The position numbers and the translations under genes are program-made. From Entomortierella parvispora E1425 (taxonomy: Eukaryota > Fungi > Mortierellomycota): DNA of 64,000 nucleotides. A model generated the notes under the pieces. That model was not told the DNA's origin. It did not search any database and saw only the letters and a list, made by a program, of their open reading frames with translations. Every line of letters starts with the position of its first letter. Within the stretch, counting starts at the first letter, position 1. The DNA lies in the NCBI GenBank assembly GCA_020891255.1, contig BQFW01000009.1:682001-746000 (forward strand), read 5' to 3'. Shown here piece by piece: positions 23,822 through 35,733 of the stretch.

Positions 23822-24089
23822 ATCATTGGATATAACCTTTCTCCCTTCTGACCGCCTCCCTTCCTCCCTCCCTCCCTTCTACTCTCTTGCATGAAACCCA
23901 TAAAAAGAATACAAAAATAATAAACTGAATGCACCATCGGAAGGAGAAAAGAGGCTTTGGACATCTAGCGAGAGGGTGGGGAAAGTGGTACATCGTATGT
24001 GGAAAACGGGCTATTATTTGTGCATCAGAAGAGGTCAAACGTTGAACACCGCGCGCGGTCACAACGGGTTATCATATGTTGGTGGACAT

Positions 24090-24560
24090 CTAAGGGGTGC
24101 ACAACCATCATAGTGAATGTGAAGTCAAAGTCTACCCTTTCAAATGTGCCTTGAAAGCTGACAGCAGCGCCTTCTTGGATGGTTACGCTAAATCCAAAAG
24201 GAAGAACATTGTCCATACCCACATCAAGCGCGGGGGAGGTTTGAAAAAATACGAGGAGGTGGGGATCACTGAAAAGATTTGTATGGGAGTCTATGTCTGT
24301 CCAAATCAGGGCTGCGATTTTAGAGAACATCCAAAACTTCCTGTCAGAAAGTCCAAGAACGATCTTCCTCGCCCACCAACCACCTGGCCTTGGACTCAAG
24401 AATCCTGTACAGGTCTTCGATCTAGTCAGCTACAGGGGGGGGGGGGGGGATGTGGTCCTGTGTCTCGAGCCTGAAAAGGAGGTTGGATGTAATCATGAAG
24501 CGAGCGAAAAAAGAGGTCAGACTCACAAATATAAAAATGAAAAGCGCGCCTTTCTTGTCG
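24090..24560 (+). mobile_element. Possible transposon relic with a GCM-like Cys/His motif
   Basis: KICMGVYVCPNQGCDFREHPKLP followed, across a frameshift at a poly-G run, by C...CNH...H. This resembles the KxCxGV.xC signature of GCM-like domains. Surrounding 2 kb has only fragmented ORFs. Confidence 0.3.
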
Positions 24561-27378
24561 CGCCTAGTCCATAATTCTTGATTCCATAACGGAAATGGCA
24601 GATACAAGAAACGCTTCAGAGAAGAACGGTACTGATGGCGAGGTATTCCTCCTACCTCTTCCTGAAAAAAAATGAAGATCTCGTTTATGCCACGGGTGCG
24701 GACGACTGTCCAGTGTTTAGGATCGTCTCAATTTCAACGGCGAAATGACTCCCTGGCCAGACTCGATCAGATGAATCGTGGGCAAACCACGCCGTTCCTG
24801 AACCTAGTACCAAGGACCATGTTCAGATATTCGATTTGCCCTATTACAGGGGAGAATCCCTGTGCCTCAAGCCTGGAGAAGAAATTGGATACAATGAAGC
24901 GGCTCGCATTCGTGGTGAGTTCCACAAGTGGGCCACGAGCTGTGTACGAGACTCCAGTTAATCCTCATAGGAAATCCAACCCCCTTCCCCCCATTAAAAT
25001 TGTAGTCCACAACATTGCCTGTCAACATGGTGGATCTTGAAACTGACTATCTCGATTGGATCACCTTTACTATGTGCAAGCACGCATTCACACTGGACGA
25101 GCAGGTTCTTTTATTGGGCATGTCTTCTCTTTTGTAGGCAACGTTATTTTCAATACACTCTTCAGTCCTGGTATTTCTTGAAATTGGCTCTGCATCAACT
25201 GGCGCAGATGTTTGTCCCCACGGAGTGCAGTCACCATGATGACCCCCGGCAGATATTATTATAAACCTGTCATCTGAACCGCGTCAACAAAAGGCCTCCC
25301 AGAGTAAGTGCTTCCAGCTTCTGACCACACCGTCTGGTACCAAAGATGAGCAATGATTGTCCATAGATGAAATCCCGTCGCCTCTTGAACCGCAGTCCCC
25401 TTATATAAACTAGGCTCACGGTTGTCAGCAGTTTGGGTTAGCCACTCTGCGCTTCTGCTAGAACCATCGCCAACACCGAGATAGGCCAGACTAAGGACCT
25501 GAGTTGCTCCTTCACTTGATGAGAACGACTCGAATAGGACACGCAACAGGGCCTCCATGTCTATATCGCTTTCTTGATCCAGGTCGAATAGAGCCAACGA
25601 GTATTCGAAACTCAAATCGATACCGCGGTAGCGCGTTGTTGCTGCGTTTCAATGAAGGACTCCTGAGTCATGGACTACAGTTACAAGTGCAGACCTAGAG
25701 GATGCTTCCATCAGTCTTGTAACATAGCCATCACTTACATCCTCAGTGGTGATAACGATTCATTCTAAATGGAGGCAAAGCTAATGAATTTATTGAAATG
25801 TCCATCATGCAAGGAAGCTATTCGATCTATGAAATGGCCTGCTCTCAGTCAACTCGCTTTTCAAAGAGAACAAGCAGAGCTGTGCAGGGTGCGCCAACGA
25901 GCAGGCGGCAGGCCATCGCACCCCACTTACCTTGTTCGATACTCTACCTGGCTTATACCCTCGAGCAGCGGTATACACCCTACAGTACTCCAAGCCGGGC
26001 TGGTCGTGAGTCCCCTCAGCCTCCCGGCCAAGCTTTGTTCCTGGTTGTAGACAAGTTTCGACCCTTTCAGGCCTACGCTTCGACACGGTCCACGGATGAC
26101 AAATCCAGGGGACAGAGCAGTTGACCTCCTCACGTCGTACTGGGGAAGGGGGATAAGAGGATGCAGTGTCTGACAAGAGGGGTGCAAAAGACTTGGGAAA
26201 GTGGAGCAAAAAAAACGCAGCAAACGAATACATTCAACAGCAAAGGAAGGCCCCAAGTCTTTGCGAGAGACGGGTGTGCAAGCTACAGCATGCGATGCGC
26301 GAGCTGTGGAGATAGTGCCGCAATCTGAGGCGAGGTAAGGTGGACAGGGCGACAAGTGCAAGGGTGAAGAGAAAAGAGAAAAGAGAAAAGAGAAAAGAAA
26401 AGGTCGCTTTATATTGTGGCCATCCACCTTCCCGCCTCACGACAGCATGTGATGCTTTTGTGTCCAAAGAAATGGCGAAGCAGATATTTTTTTCCAACAA
26501 ACAAAAGGGCCCGTGCGTTTTTTTTGTCTGGCGCAGTTCTGGGAGATGGGGGATTGCCTCACAGCCAGCTTCGTTTTTTTAGATTGTGCGGGAAGTGCTT
26601 GCGAGATGTACAGCATGAATAGCCACATGGCATCCAGGATGTTGTTGCGGTCGTGGTTGAGGGACAACAACGGTATCTGTGGTAAAAAGGTCAAGGAAGG
26701 GAAGAGTCAAAGGAGAGGATGCGGAAGATGGTCAGTCGATGAACGACCCCTTGACAGGAATGAGGGGAGGGGAGGGGAGCAAGTTGGCCGTCCAAATAGC
26801 GTACCCGACCTGGATGAACAGCAATGTTCAACGGGCAGCCTGGTCCAACAGACCAGAGAAGGAAACCAGAGTTGGCCCAAGCACATGAGGATGAGGGACA
26901 TTTTTTTGTCGTTGTTGTTGTTTACCCTTCGCGCTAATATCTTTCTCTTCCCCCTCTCAGCATTTCGTCCTCGTTCCTTCTTCCTTCTATCGTCTTTTCC
27001 CTGCCCTCCACTTCTGACGAACGATCACACTCCACAACCCACACCCTCTGTTACAGGTATGATACTTGCAATCCTTCTTCCTTCTCTGACCATCTTCTTC
27101 CGGGCACCAGCACTTAGTTCTCACACAAGAACACATTTCGTTGACTGTTGTCACTTCCCTTCCATATTTCTCGTCCTCCCCTTCTCCTGCATTGCCTTTT
27201 GGATTCAATATCTGTAGCGTCGGCAATATGGCGCAACATGAGCATGTCTTGCGATAATCTGGCCCCTTTGTCTGTCCAGAGTTTTAACATCACGCCTTTT
27301 TTTTTTTTTTTTTTTTTTTGTATTATGACCCTCATTTTACACCTGCCTTGTCGCCCCCATAGCCCTTATTCGGATTCA

Positions 27379-29130
27379 ATGTCCTGTCCCATAGCGCCGT
27401 CAAGCTCTGCTCAAAGCAATGATCAAAATCTCCAGTGCACGACAATTGAAGAAACTATGGTTGCCCCGGCTCTGACCTCGATAGCAGCTATTCCGCGAGA
27501 TCACCAGACAATCCTGGAGACCTTCCCGCCAAACGTTATCGGAATCATCTCAGACTTTCTCTCTACTATTAATATTCTCGTATGCGTAAGGGTCAGTCGC
27601 GGCTTTAAGGAGATTTGGTCGCCTTCCTTGTTCCGTGAACTGGATCTTACTGAAGAGAGCCTACTTGAAGGATTCGAATTCACTGAACTACAAGACCGCC
27701 TAAAGATGTATTGTGGGATAACGCGTTCCTTCAGGAGCACGCACGCAATAAAACATTGTCAGCTGCTAAAGGGTGTGAACTGTTGGAACTTGAAACGCCT
27801 CGACCTGCGGTTCAATCGCGAACCCAAGTTTACGTACGATTCAAAGATTGAGTTGGATCTGATCAAGGGAATCATTCATGCCAACACCCGTTTATATCAT
27901 ATCGTCCTTCACGGTCGGATGGATTGGTCCACGTCAAACCTGTTCTCTACGTGCAGCTTCCTCTCTTGCTTGGAGCTCGATTTCAAAGGATCAAAGCTAT
28001 CGCCACAGCCCAAATCGTCATATGGATCGCTAAAGAGTGAAGGAAACCTTCCAGGATTGAAATCGCTGACTATTGTTGGTTTTAAGGGATCCAGTAGCAG
28101 TCTTCTCTCTCTTTTTTTTGAGTCTCCTAACTTGAAAGTTGTCACTGTCCGCCGACAGGATGCGTGGGTTCCATTTGGAGTACCTGTGAAAGAGTTGGAG
28201 GGAATTCTTTCTAATCTCGAGAGCCTTGTCTTGGAGGCCACTGAGATTTGCGGTCTGGGGTTGAGTGAGATGTTGGCCATCGGACCAGGTGTGAAGGCGG
28301 TGGCTATCTCGGCCATAAAAATCCACACTCTGAAGCCCCTCGTGAAAAGAGCGGAAGGCATCGAGAGCCTTGTTTTCGACGGTGTCCTTGGGAAGCATGG
28401 CAGTGACCTGCAATCGATCTTGGAAAAGGCGGTCTCTTTAAGAGAACTCTGCACCTTACCTTCCGCACCTCTGCAAGATGCTCATGTGCGCTTGACGTCG
28501 GACGACCTTTACGACGACCAAGAAACGATGCAAGTGCTCACAATGAGTGAATGTAGCGCAATGATGTATTGGGCTTGCGAGGAGACAATCACACGTCTCG
28601 AAATTGTGGTTGAGTGTGCTTTTACAGCATCGAACGAGGGCCAGATGTCACTGGAGAGTCGGTCAGAGCATGCTGTGGTTTACGAGCAACTCGGCCGTCT
28701 TGTTCACCTCCAGCATCTGCAACTGGGTCGAAGAGGCGTTCACGGAGGATTCCTGGCGGACTGTCTATTATTTTCACTGGAGTCAGGACTCGACTTCTTG
28801 AGTAGGATGAAGGAAATGCGAATCCTTGATGTCAGATGGATCGCCCATGAAATTGGCAAGCGAGAGCTTGAATGGATGCATCACCATTGGCCAAAGATGG
28901 TAGAGGTTACGGGGCTTCAGCGCCTTCCACCAGGAGCAAGCGAACAAGCCAGGAATCGAGTCTCGGAGGCCTATTTCGGGTGGCTGCAACATCATAAGTC
29001 AGGCATCGGCAGAGACTTCTATGAGAGACTGTCGACAACACCGACTGGAACTGTGGGAATGGCCACCCTCTCTTTCGACGATATGACTGACTCTGATGCA
29101 GCTATCACAATGCGACGCCAGCTTCACTGA
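27379..29130 (+). CDS. F-box-like/RNI-like LRR protein
   Basis: LETFPPNVIGIISDFL...ILVCVRVSRGFKEIWSP; WACEETITRL; VYEQLGRLVHLQHLQLG; CLLFSLESGLDFLSRMKEMRIL; ELEWMHHHWP. Confidence 0.8.
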   Translation: MSCPIAPSSSAQSNDQNLQCTTIEETMVAPALTSIAAIPRDHQTILETFPPNVIGIISDFLSTINILVCVRVSRGFKEIWSPSLFRELDLTEESLLEGFEFTELQDRLKMYCGITRSFRSTHAIKHCQLLKGVNCWNLKRLDLRFNREPKFTYDSKIELDLIKGIIHANTRLYHIVLHGRMDWSTSNLFSTCSFLSCLELDFKGSKLSPQPKSSYGSLKSEGNLPGLKSLTIVGFKGSSSSLLSLFFESPNLKVVTVRRQDAWVPFGVPVKELEGILSNLESLVLEATEICGLGLSEMLAIGPGVKAVAISAIKIHTLKPLVKRAEGIESLVFDGVLGKHGSDLQSILEKAVSLRELCTLPSAPLQDAHVRLTSDDLYDDQETMQVLTMSECSAMMYWACEETITRLEIVVECAFTASNEGQMSLESRSEHAVVYEQLGRLVHLQHLQLGRRGVHGGFLADCLLFSLESGLDFLSRMKEMRILDVRWIAHEIGKRELEWMHHHWPKMVEVTGLQRLPPGASEQARNRVSEAYFGWLQHHKSGIGRDFYERLSTTPTGTVGMATLSFDDMTDSDAAITMRRQLH

Positions 29131-29569
29131 GGAAAACATTCTGGAGTTGCCATCATATCACCCTTAATCTCTCCTGTATCGTATCTTTGCTATGGTAGTG
29201 TATTTGTATCTGTATCAAATGTTTTTTTTTTTTTTTTTTTTTTTTTTTTTGTTCTATGTATTGCCATTTGTTCATTCTGTCGTTTGGTCTTTCTCTTCGT
29301 TGTTCGTTTTATTATCTGTAATATATTCTTCAGTTGATCTTCATCTTAAACCCCAATCCAAAGATCTTGCCAGATCCCTGTGAACCTCCATGAGTGATGC
29401 GAAACTGCGATACTCGTCGTGTTGGAAAAATGGAATTACGCGGTCACCCTGAAAGATTCGAGTTTCACATAGCTATTTCAGGAAGCACCTTGAATGAGCT
29501 GTAGATCCAGAATTTATTGTACTGTACAATGAACGAGGGGAAAGGAAGGCAAAGGGATGGAAGAGAGAA

Positions 29570-30976
29570 TTAATGATCTCTTTTCACAAACGAGAAGCCG
29601 TTCATGGTGACGCTCTTTAGTATTGGGAGTTCTTGAAGTCGCCTTTGTATGTCTTTGTTCAGGTTGCGGTCAATATCGCACGACTCTTTGCTTGGTATCC
29701 ACCGGGTTGTACTAGAACAACCAGCGGGCCACGTCTCCGACTTTTCACTTAATCTCCTCATGAATGAAAGGCCGCTCAGTAAAAGATTCTCCAACATATG
29801 GACTTTCCACTTGGATGAGAATATCATCACCGAGTGTTCATAGCTGAACGCTGACAACCTTTTGAAGCGCAAATCCTTTAATGAAACAAGGCTCGACGTA
29901 GACAGCAGCTGGACCAACCACTCTGCGCTTTCGCTGGTACTGTCCCATGTTCCCATGTATTCCAGATTGAGAACTTGGATGGCTCTTCCTTCCAGGACAG
30001 TCCATTCCATGAATGCATCCGACAGCTCGTAAAAAGAAGCTTCTAGGTGTTGGACCTTTCCTTGTTCTGGACCGGCCAGAGCAACGAGTGCATTGAAGCT
30101 CATACAGATTGTTCGAACACCTCTGTTTCTTGCTTGAATCGAAAAAGTCCTGAACCTTAGACAGAACTTTCTTGCCCAGGACACAACTTCTTTCGATTGA
30201 GGATGGTTCATCAGTCTGGGAACATCATCATCCCATATGCCCTCAACGGCGACTGCGATCCTTTCAAGGTCAGGGCAACAAAGAATGAGTTGTTCAAGAA
30301 ATCCATCGCAGAGAACAGCTTGCGGAGGACCGCTGACCACTAGGATCCTTATGGCAAGCGGTGTGTTCATGACTGCAGGTGGAGTGCTCTGATTGCTGGC
30401 CTCTGAAATTGTCAGATGCAGAAATGACAGGTGCAAAAACAGAGACAAAATCCCGTGCAGTTGTTGGAAAGTATCATAGTGCATTCCATGGAGTGAAATG
30501 CGTGTAACGGTAAAGACGAACGGGCGCGCCATCTCAACTGCTCTTCTCAGATGCGTACTTCTATCTTGATTATAGAAATACAGATCCAAGCAAGTTACAG
30601 TTCTTACCCTCGAAAGCAGCATCTCCAGGGGTTGGTGGCAGTCGTACATCACAATCTTCTCGAGACGAGGATAAGAGACTTCGTTCAACGTGAACCGAGG
30701 GATCGTGCTGAAGGAACAGAGCTGTCTGACATACATTGTGTTCCTCGCCAGGACATGAGCGGGAACGTTTTGCATCGCGTCCAAAGAATAAACACTCCAA
30801 ATGATCGGGAGAAAAGCATGGTACCATGTCTTGGAAACTCGACTCAGCCGAAGGAGGGTGTGAGCAGAAAAAAAGAAGTTACCGTTATCCACGGTCCACA
30901 GAGGGAGGCATTTACCGACAAGTGAGACAATCTCGGGAGTCGTAAGAGCGAGCGTGGATCGAAATGCAATGGACAT
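29570..30976 (-). CDS. F-box-like/LRR protein (468 aa), intact member of a four-copy local paralog family
   Basis: LALTTPEIVSLVGKCLPLW...LLRLSRVSKTWYHAFLPIIW; C-terminal IQRRLQELPILKSVTMNGFSF. Same architecture as the loci at 44034, 50314 and 52114. Confidence 0.8.
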   Translation of the reverse strand: MSIAFRSTLALTTPEIVSLVGKCLPLWTVDNGNFFFSAHTLLRLSRVSKTWYHAFLPIIWSVYSLDAMQNVPAHVLARNTMYVRQLCSFSTIPRFTLNEVSYPRLEKIVMYDCHQPLEMLLSRVRTVTCLDLYFYNQDRSTHLRRAVEMARPFVFTVTRISLHGMHYDTFQQLHGILSLFLHLSFLHLTISEASNQSTPPAVMNTPLAIRILVVSGPPQAVLCDGFLEQLILCCPDLERIAVAVEGIWDDDVPRLMNHPQSKEVVSWARKFCLRFRTFSIQARNRGVRTICMSFNALVALAGPEQGKVQHLEASFYELSDAFMEWTVLEGRAIQVLNLEYMGTWDSTSESAEWLVQLLSTSSLVSLKDLRFKRLSAFSYEHSVMIFSSKWKVHMLENLLLSGLSFMRRLSEKSETWPAGCSSTTRWIPSKESCDIDRNLNKDIQRRLQELPILKSVTMNGFSFVKRDH

Positions 30977-31392
30977 GTTGGGCTGAGAAGCTGGGGCAGG
31001 AAAGTGAAGAAAAAAAAGATTTTTTTTGTTTTTTAGTTTTTTTTGGTGGCAATCGCTGGCGACATGGAAGTCGACATCAACGCTATTGCTGCTCTTTTCA
31101 GGTGCTGAACATCATTTAATCTCTTCGAGGAGAAATAAGGCGAGATGAAGGACTTGCAGCTATGATCCTCACAAGCAGATCAGACGGTCGGATCTTTCAC
31201 TCTGCTCCTTGCTCCCTTAAACGGAGCTCATCTTCCAGGTCTTCGTAAATGAGAGGGAACCGGGAAAGGTTAAGTACGATAAATGTCAAGACAATTAAAC
31301 ACGAAAAAATTGGCGCGTACAGACACCATGGTCAATTTCAGCAAGAGGGGACCAGCACTGTCAACAGGAGAATATCTTTGTTGCTTCCACTT

Positions 31393-33507
31393 CTAACGAC
31401 GGTAGTGACACCATGGGATCAAAAGATCCTGCTTCACTCGCACATCCAGGCCTGGCCGCAGCTCCCTCACAAGAGCCATCCAGTATTGATAATTCTCATT
31501 CTTGGCTGAAGTGTTGTATCGGATCTGGAACGATTCAAGCTTTGGCCAGCAAGCTACCTTGGAAGCACCAGATGGGGATCCTTCTTCGGCCACCGTCTCC
31601 ATCATCCACTCAAAGTCCTCAAACTCGATATGACCTTCGATCGTATGCAAACGTAATGTCAGAGTTTCCAGGTCCTTTAGCCGTGTCAACTGTTTTAACG
31701 GATGGCTCTGATCTTCCTCATCCAACTTAGAAACATCGCCGCCGTGCGCAATGACCCATTCCCCCCCAAACTGCATGGTCGTATGATAAAACTCCACCGT
31801 GCGAAGATTTGGACAGACAGTTGCAATGTATGCATAGGCACGCGCTAATTGCTCATTCTCCGTCATAACATGCGGCCTTGAGGCGGCAGCTGCAAACTCG
31901 GCCGCACTTTTAGGAGTCACCCTTGGGTCGGTGACCAACCCTAATTTGAGGGTCAAAAGTCCTTCACAAACCCAGATATAATCGCAATTCAAACGGATGG
32001 GCTCAAGTGTGATCGGTAGCGGGTCCAATTTCTTGCTCCGATGTCGACTCTTGTTGCATTTATCGTCCTCAGCTGTACCAGACGTCAATCGAATGGCCTC
32101 CAACTCTGCTGCTGCCGCTTTGGCAGCTTTCTCCACGACTCGCAACGCCAACGCGCTGTCACGATCTTTGACAGCCTTCTTGAAGGGATCACTCATATAC
32201 ATATCGACTATTCCTCGGGTACGTATGACAGACTCAGGGGCCTTTAAGTGCTTCAGGTGCTGGTTCCGACGCAAATAACCTTCAATACTAGGACTACCCA
32301 CCACGCTATTTTCAATGAAATGTCGTCCTTGCCCAATAATCTCAACGGTCTCTATCGTTTGACTGGTAGAATGCCATCCAAAGCGGAACCAGTAGTCCTC
32401 AAGCGGAGCTGTGACAAAGTAAAGAACGCGAAGATTCGGTAACCAGCGGTAGTTGTACTCCGCCGAGCAGAGATATTGCCCGAATGCAGCGTCTTCATGG
32501 TAGGTCTCCAATAAAAATGCTTCGATCTTCCCGCTTTTCTCGGGAGGGAACATGTGCAGTTGGATGAGCTTTTCAATGGTATAAAACTCTACACTCTCGC
32601 AATGGAAGTCGGCCGGCTCGATTCTCCAGGGCCGATTAAATTCCACGATGCGGAAGGCGATCAGTTCAGTCAAGACGGGTATGATTCGCTCAATGGATCT
32701 CTGGCGGATAGTCACCCGCCTCAGATACAAGCGCTTGAGAGGATGGTGTGAGAGAGGGGTTCTGGCCGGGGATCGTTCCTCCTCGTCATCTTCCAGGACC
32801 CAGATCCGTAGGCCCTCTTCTTGGCGACCAAAGATCTCGAGGTCCTCCAGCACCGGACATGCACGAAGAAGTCGCATTAAAAAAATATCCTGACGATCCC
32901 ATATTTCGAGCTTGAGTCGCTGAAGATGAGTCATGGCTGGGAGAAGTGGTCCCAGATGCAGATCATGCTGGATTCCATACCCGTGAAAGGAGAGCTCCTT
33001 CAAATTTCCGAACGGATGTCGTCTCAAGACTCTGCGCCGGTCTGTCAAACTAGCAAAATGAGTGCCATCACCACGTCCTCCTGAATGCTGAAGTTGAAAC
33101 TGGTCGAGTTGCTCGAGGATGCCTTTGCGAAAAGTTTCAAATGCGATGATATGCTCTTGTTCCTGTTCCTCTGTGGTGAAGGTCAGTAGTTTGTGATCTG
33201 TCAAGGTAGGATCACACTGAATCCAAATCGCCAACGAGTCCAGTCTCCGAAGTTGCTTCAAGAGGCGATCGGCCCGTTCCTTGCTCAGGTCGGCACTCCA
33301 GACAGCCGCGCGCCAGAGGGCGTACTTTAGGCAAATAAGATTCCACTCCTTGCAGACAAGTCGAGCACAGCATCGAAGGGTCGATTGACTCAAGTATGAG
33401 AAGATGATCTCGATGATTTCCTGAGGGAGGGGTCGCGACTGGAATGAATGAGACATGAGCCGATGGAGGAATGGAGAGAAGAGGTCATGAGCACTGCGGG
33501 GATCCAT
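31393..33507 (-). CDS. F-box/LRR protein (~700 aa)
   Basis: Canonical F-box LPQEIIEIIFSYLSQSTLRCCARLVCKEWNLIC; WVCEGLLTLKL; LKQLTRLKDLETLTL; WPKLESFQI. Confidence 0.85.
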   Translation of the reverse strand: MDPRSAHDLFSPFLHRLMSHSFQSRPLPQEIIEIIFSYLSQSTLRCCARLVCKEWNLICLKYALWRAAVWSADLSKERADRLLKQLRRLDSLAIWIQCDPTLTDHKLLTFTTEEQEQEHIIAFETFRKGILEQLDQFQLQHSGGRGDGTHFASLTDRRRVLRRHPFGNLKELSFHGYGIQHDLHLGPLLPAMTHLQRLKLEIWDRQDIFLMRLLRACPVLEDLEIFGRQEEGLRIWVLEDDEEERSPARTPLSHHPLKRLYLRRVTIRQRSIERIIPVLTELIAFRIVEFNRPWRIEPADFHCESVEFYTIEKLIQLHMFPPEKSGKIEAFLLETYHEDAAFGQYLCSAEYNYRWLPNLRVLYFVTAPLEDYWFRFGWHSTSQTIETVEIIGQGRHFIENSVVGSPSIEGYLRRNQHLKHLKAPESVIRTRGIVDMYMSDPFKKAVKDRDSALALRVVEKAAKAAAAELEAIRLTSGTAEDDKCNKSRHRSKKLDPLPITLEPIRLNCDYIWVCEGLLTLKLGLVTDPRVTPKSAAEFAAAASRPHVMTENEQLARAYAYIATVCPNLRTVEFYHTTMQFGGEWVIAHGGDVSKLDEEDQSHPLKQLTRLKDLETLTLRLHTIEGHIEFEDFEWMMETVAEEGSPSGASKVACWPKLESFQIRYNTSAKNENYQYWMALVRELRPGLDVRVKQDLLIPWCHYRR

Positions 33508-33719
33508 TTTGACCCCGCTCAACCGCAGCACGCCCGAGCGTGACTTGGTGGCGCGGTGCCACCAAAGAAGAAAAAAAAAACGCGGCGTGCGGGTGGTGGG
33601 TTCTTTGCGTGTTCATCAAGTTCTGCATCTCCATCTCCATCCCCATCTCCATCCTTCATTCGTAGACTAGTCCTCCTCCTCTGTTACATATGTTATTCCT
33701 TGAGGGACAGCCCAAGAAT

Positions 33720-35330
33720 AGCAGTGCATCGCGGACTCGACATTCCAGAGATACTCGACGAGATTTCTCTGTACCTGAGTAGGCCAGTTTTTCTCGCCTG
33801 TACCCTTGTTTCCTCTACACCTTCTTCCCTGCACTCTTGAGTGAGGTCCATCTCGATAACAATTCTTCGCAGTCGATGGTCCGGTATCTATCTAAACACA
33901 CAGCCTTGGTGCAGACGCTGAGCTTGTACAGAATCAACTTTATGCACGTAATTTTCGAATCGTTCTACTCCTAGACTAAAGTCGTGCTCAGTAGAGTTCC
34001 GCTTCTGCCAAGGTGCCGACGTTCGCTCGTGCAAAAGGAAGGCTATCGCTTCGAGAACAAAATATGAAAGGGAGGAGGATGAAGGGAAAGACGGAAGCCT
34101 GTGTCACTTACAGGACATTATGGACCAAGAAATCATGGATATCACCGAGGACGATTTTGGACCTTTCTTTGAGCGTCACAGCGCCACCCTGAAAACTCTC
34201 AGCATTACGTTGATAGGAGAGACCCAGCCTCTCTCTCTTGAATGGATGACTCAATGCCGCTTCTTCAGAGCCTCAGCCTCTCCGTTTGGGCCGAGGTTCC
34301 ATGGTTGGACTATATTCAGATCTGAAGATCTTGTCGGTTGGTCAAGTTGCGACTGACAGTACATATCCCTCATTCATCATACACTTATGGAGATTACCAG
34401 AAGCTGGAGGACGACGGAGACATAGTTGGATGTTTGCCGATCAAGGAACTAGACTTGGACCTGTCGACAACCTCTCTGGCCCGTAAGACATATTTTTAAT
34501 GATTTCTGGTCCCACGCTCGAGGATCTAAGATGGAACGCTCCTCCAAACAGTGATCAGGCTGCTTCAGTTTTGGCCCAAGCCATGAAGAACGGCCTCTTG
34601 CCCAGATGACAAAACTGACACTGAAGCATCCACTGCCGAGTGACCATTCAGTCGCTGAAATAATTGCTGTTCGGCACCCGATCGGATTCCAAAAACTTCT
34701 TTGCCGTTCAGGGGGGGTCGGACCCCAGACCTGGAAAGCGCTACAAAAATTCCCGGTGCATCTAAACACCCTCCAGAATCTACAATTTAAACAAGCCACC
34801 AATATCAACGGTCCCATACTCTTGGAGATGCTTCAATCGCTTCCTAACCTTCGAGAAATCTCGGGCCATGTCCTCACAGATACCGATATAAACAAGAGTG
34901 AGAATTCTTCTCGCCCTTGGGTCTGTCTTGGTCTTGAATCCTAGGATATTAGCATCCGCATCCAGGTAGGAACAACTGATCATGCCCCGGTTTTTAACAG
35001 GATATCTCAGTTGAATCGCTTACGTGTCCTTAAAGTCGGCTTTCAATATAGTCGGCCTCGTGAATGCGCAATGCCCTGTTTATTTTTCAGCCTCAGGAAT
35101 GGATTGGATGTCCTCAACAGCCTTGGTAGAAATCTTGTCGAGATTTTTGTGAGTAACGCGACATCTTTATCCCAGGAGGATCTTGATTGGATGGTCGTCC
35201 ATTGGCCATACATTGAGGCAGGGCCTGCACCTTTTCTCAGTGCTTATCGTAAAGCCAAAAGTACAATATACTTTAACGCTCAAGAGCAACAACAGCGTCC
35301 TCACGGTATAAGAGTAATTTGTTTATTACT
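33720..35330 (+). pseudogene. Disrupted F-box/LRR gene
   Basis: GLDIPEILDEISLYLSRPVFLACTLVS is followed by stops and frame changes. WVCLGLES*DISI has an in-frame TAG at 34942-34944, and the same frame continues as ...RISQLNRLRVL...CLFFSLRNGLDVL...DLDWMVVHWP. Confidence 0.7.
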
Positions 35331-35733
35331 GAAAACCAGTGCCCTTGCTACTGCTGTTACGAATTGGTCCATGATGAAGTTCCTGACGCCAACTGAACCG
35401 GTCTTTGGCTCCTTCCAGCTGAATTCCGGTCATCCATTTCCAGACCAGCCATTGCAAAGAACACCAGCCCACAATCCCAAACCCAATGATTATCCTCCGA
35501 AGACGCGATCGCCCTATATGCAGCACAACAATCCTGTGCCAACGTGACTTTTGAATGGCCCTTGATCGAGTCCTAGATCGTTTTTCTGCCTCCTGCCTTC
35601 CACCCACAATATGCTCATCATCATCCTCTTCCCATTCCGTCCTTGCTGTCTCCAGCTCTCCCCAAGAGGTCCAGACTGCTCTTCCTCGCCGCAGCACTTC
35701 ATCCATCCTTGATCGACCGCTGGACCACCCATC

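Noticed and set aside
26366-26400. GAGAAAA heptamer run, the AAGAG run near 36590-36625, and many poly-A/T tracts
   Set aside because: Ordinary pyrimidine/purine-rich promoter, UTR or intron simple sequence.
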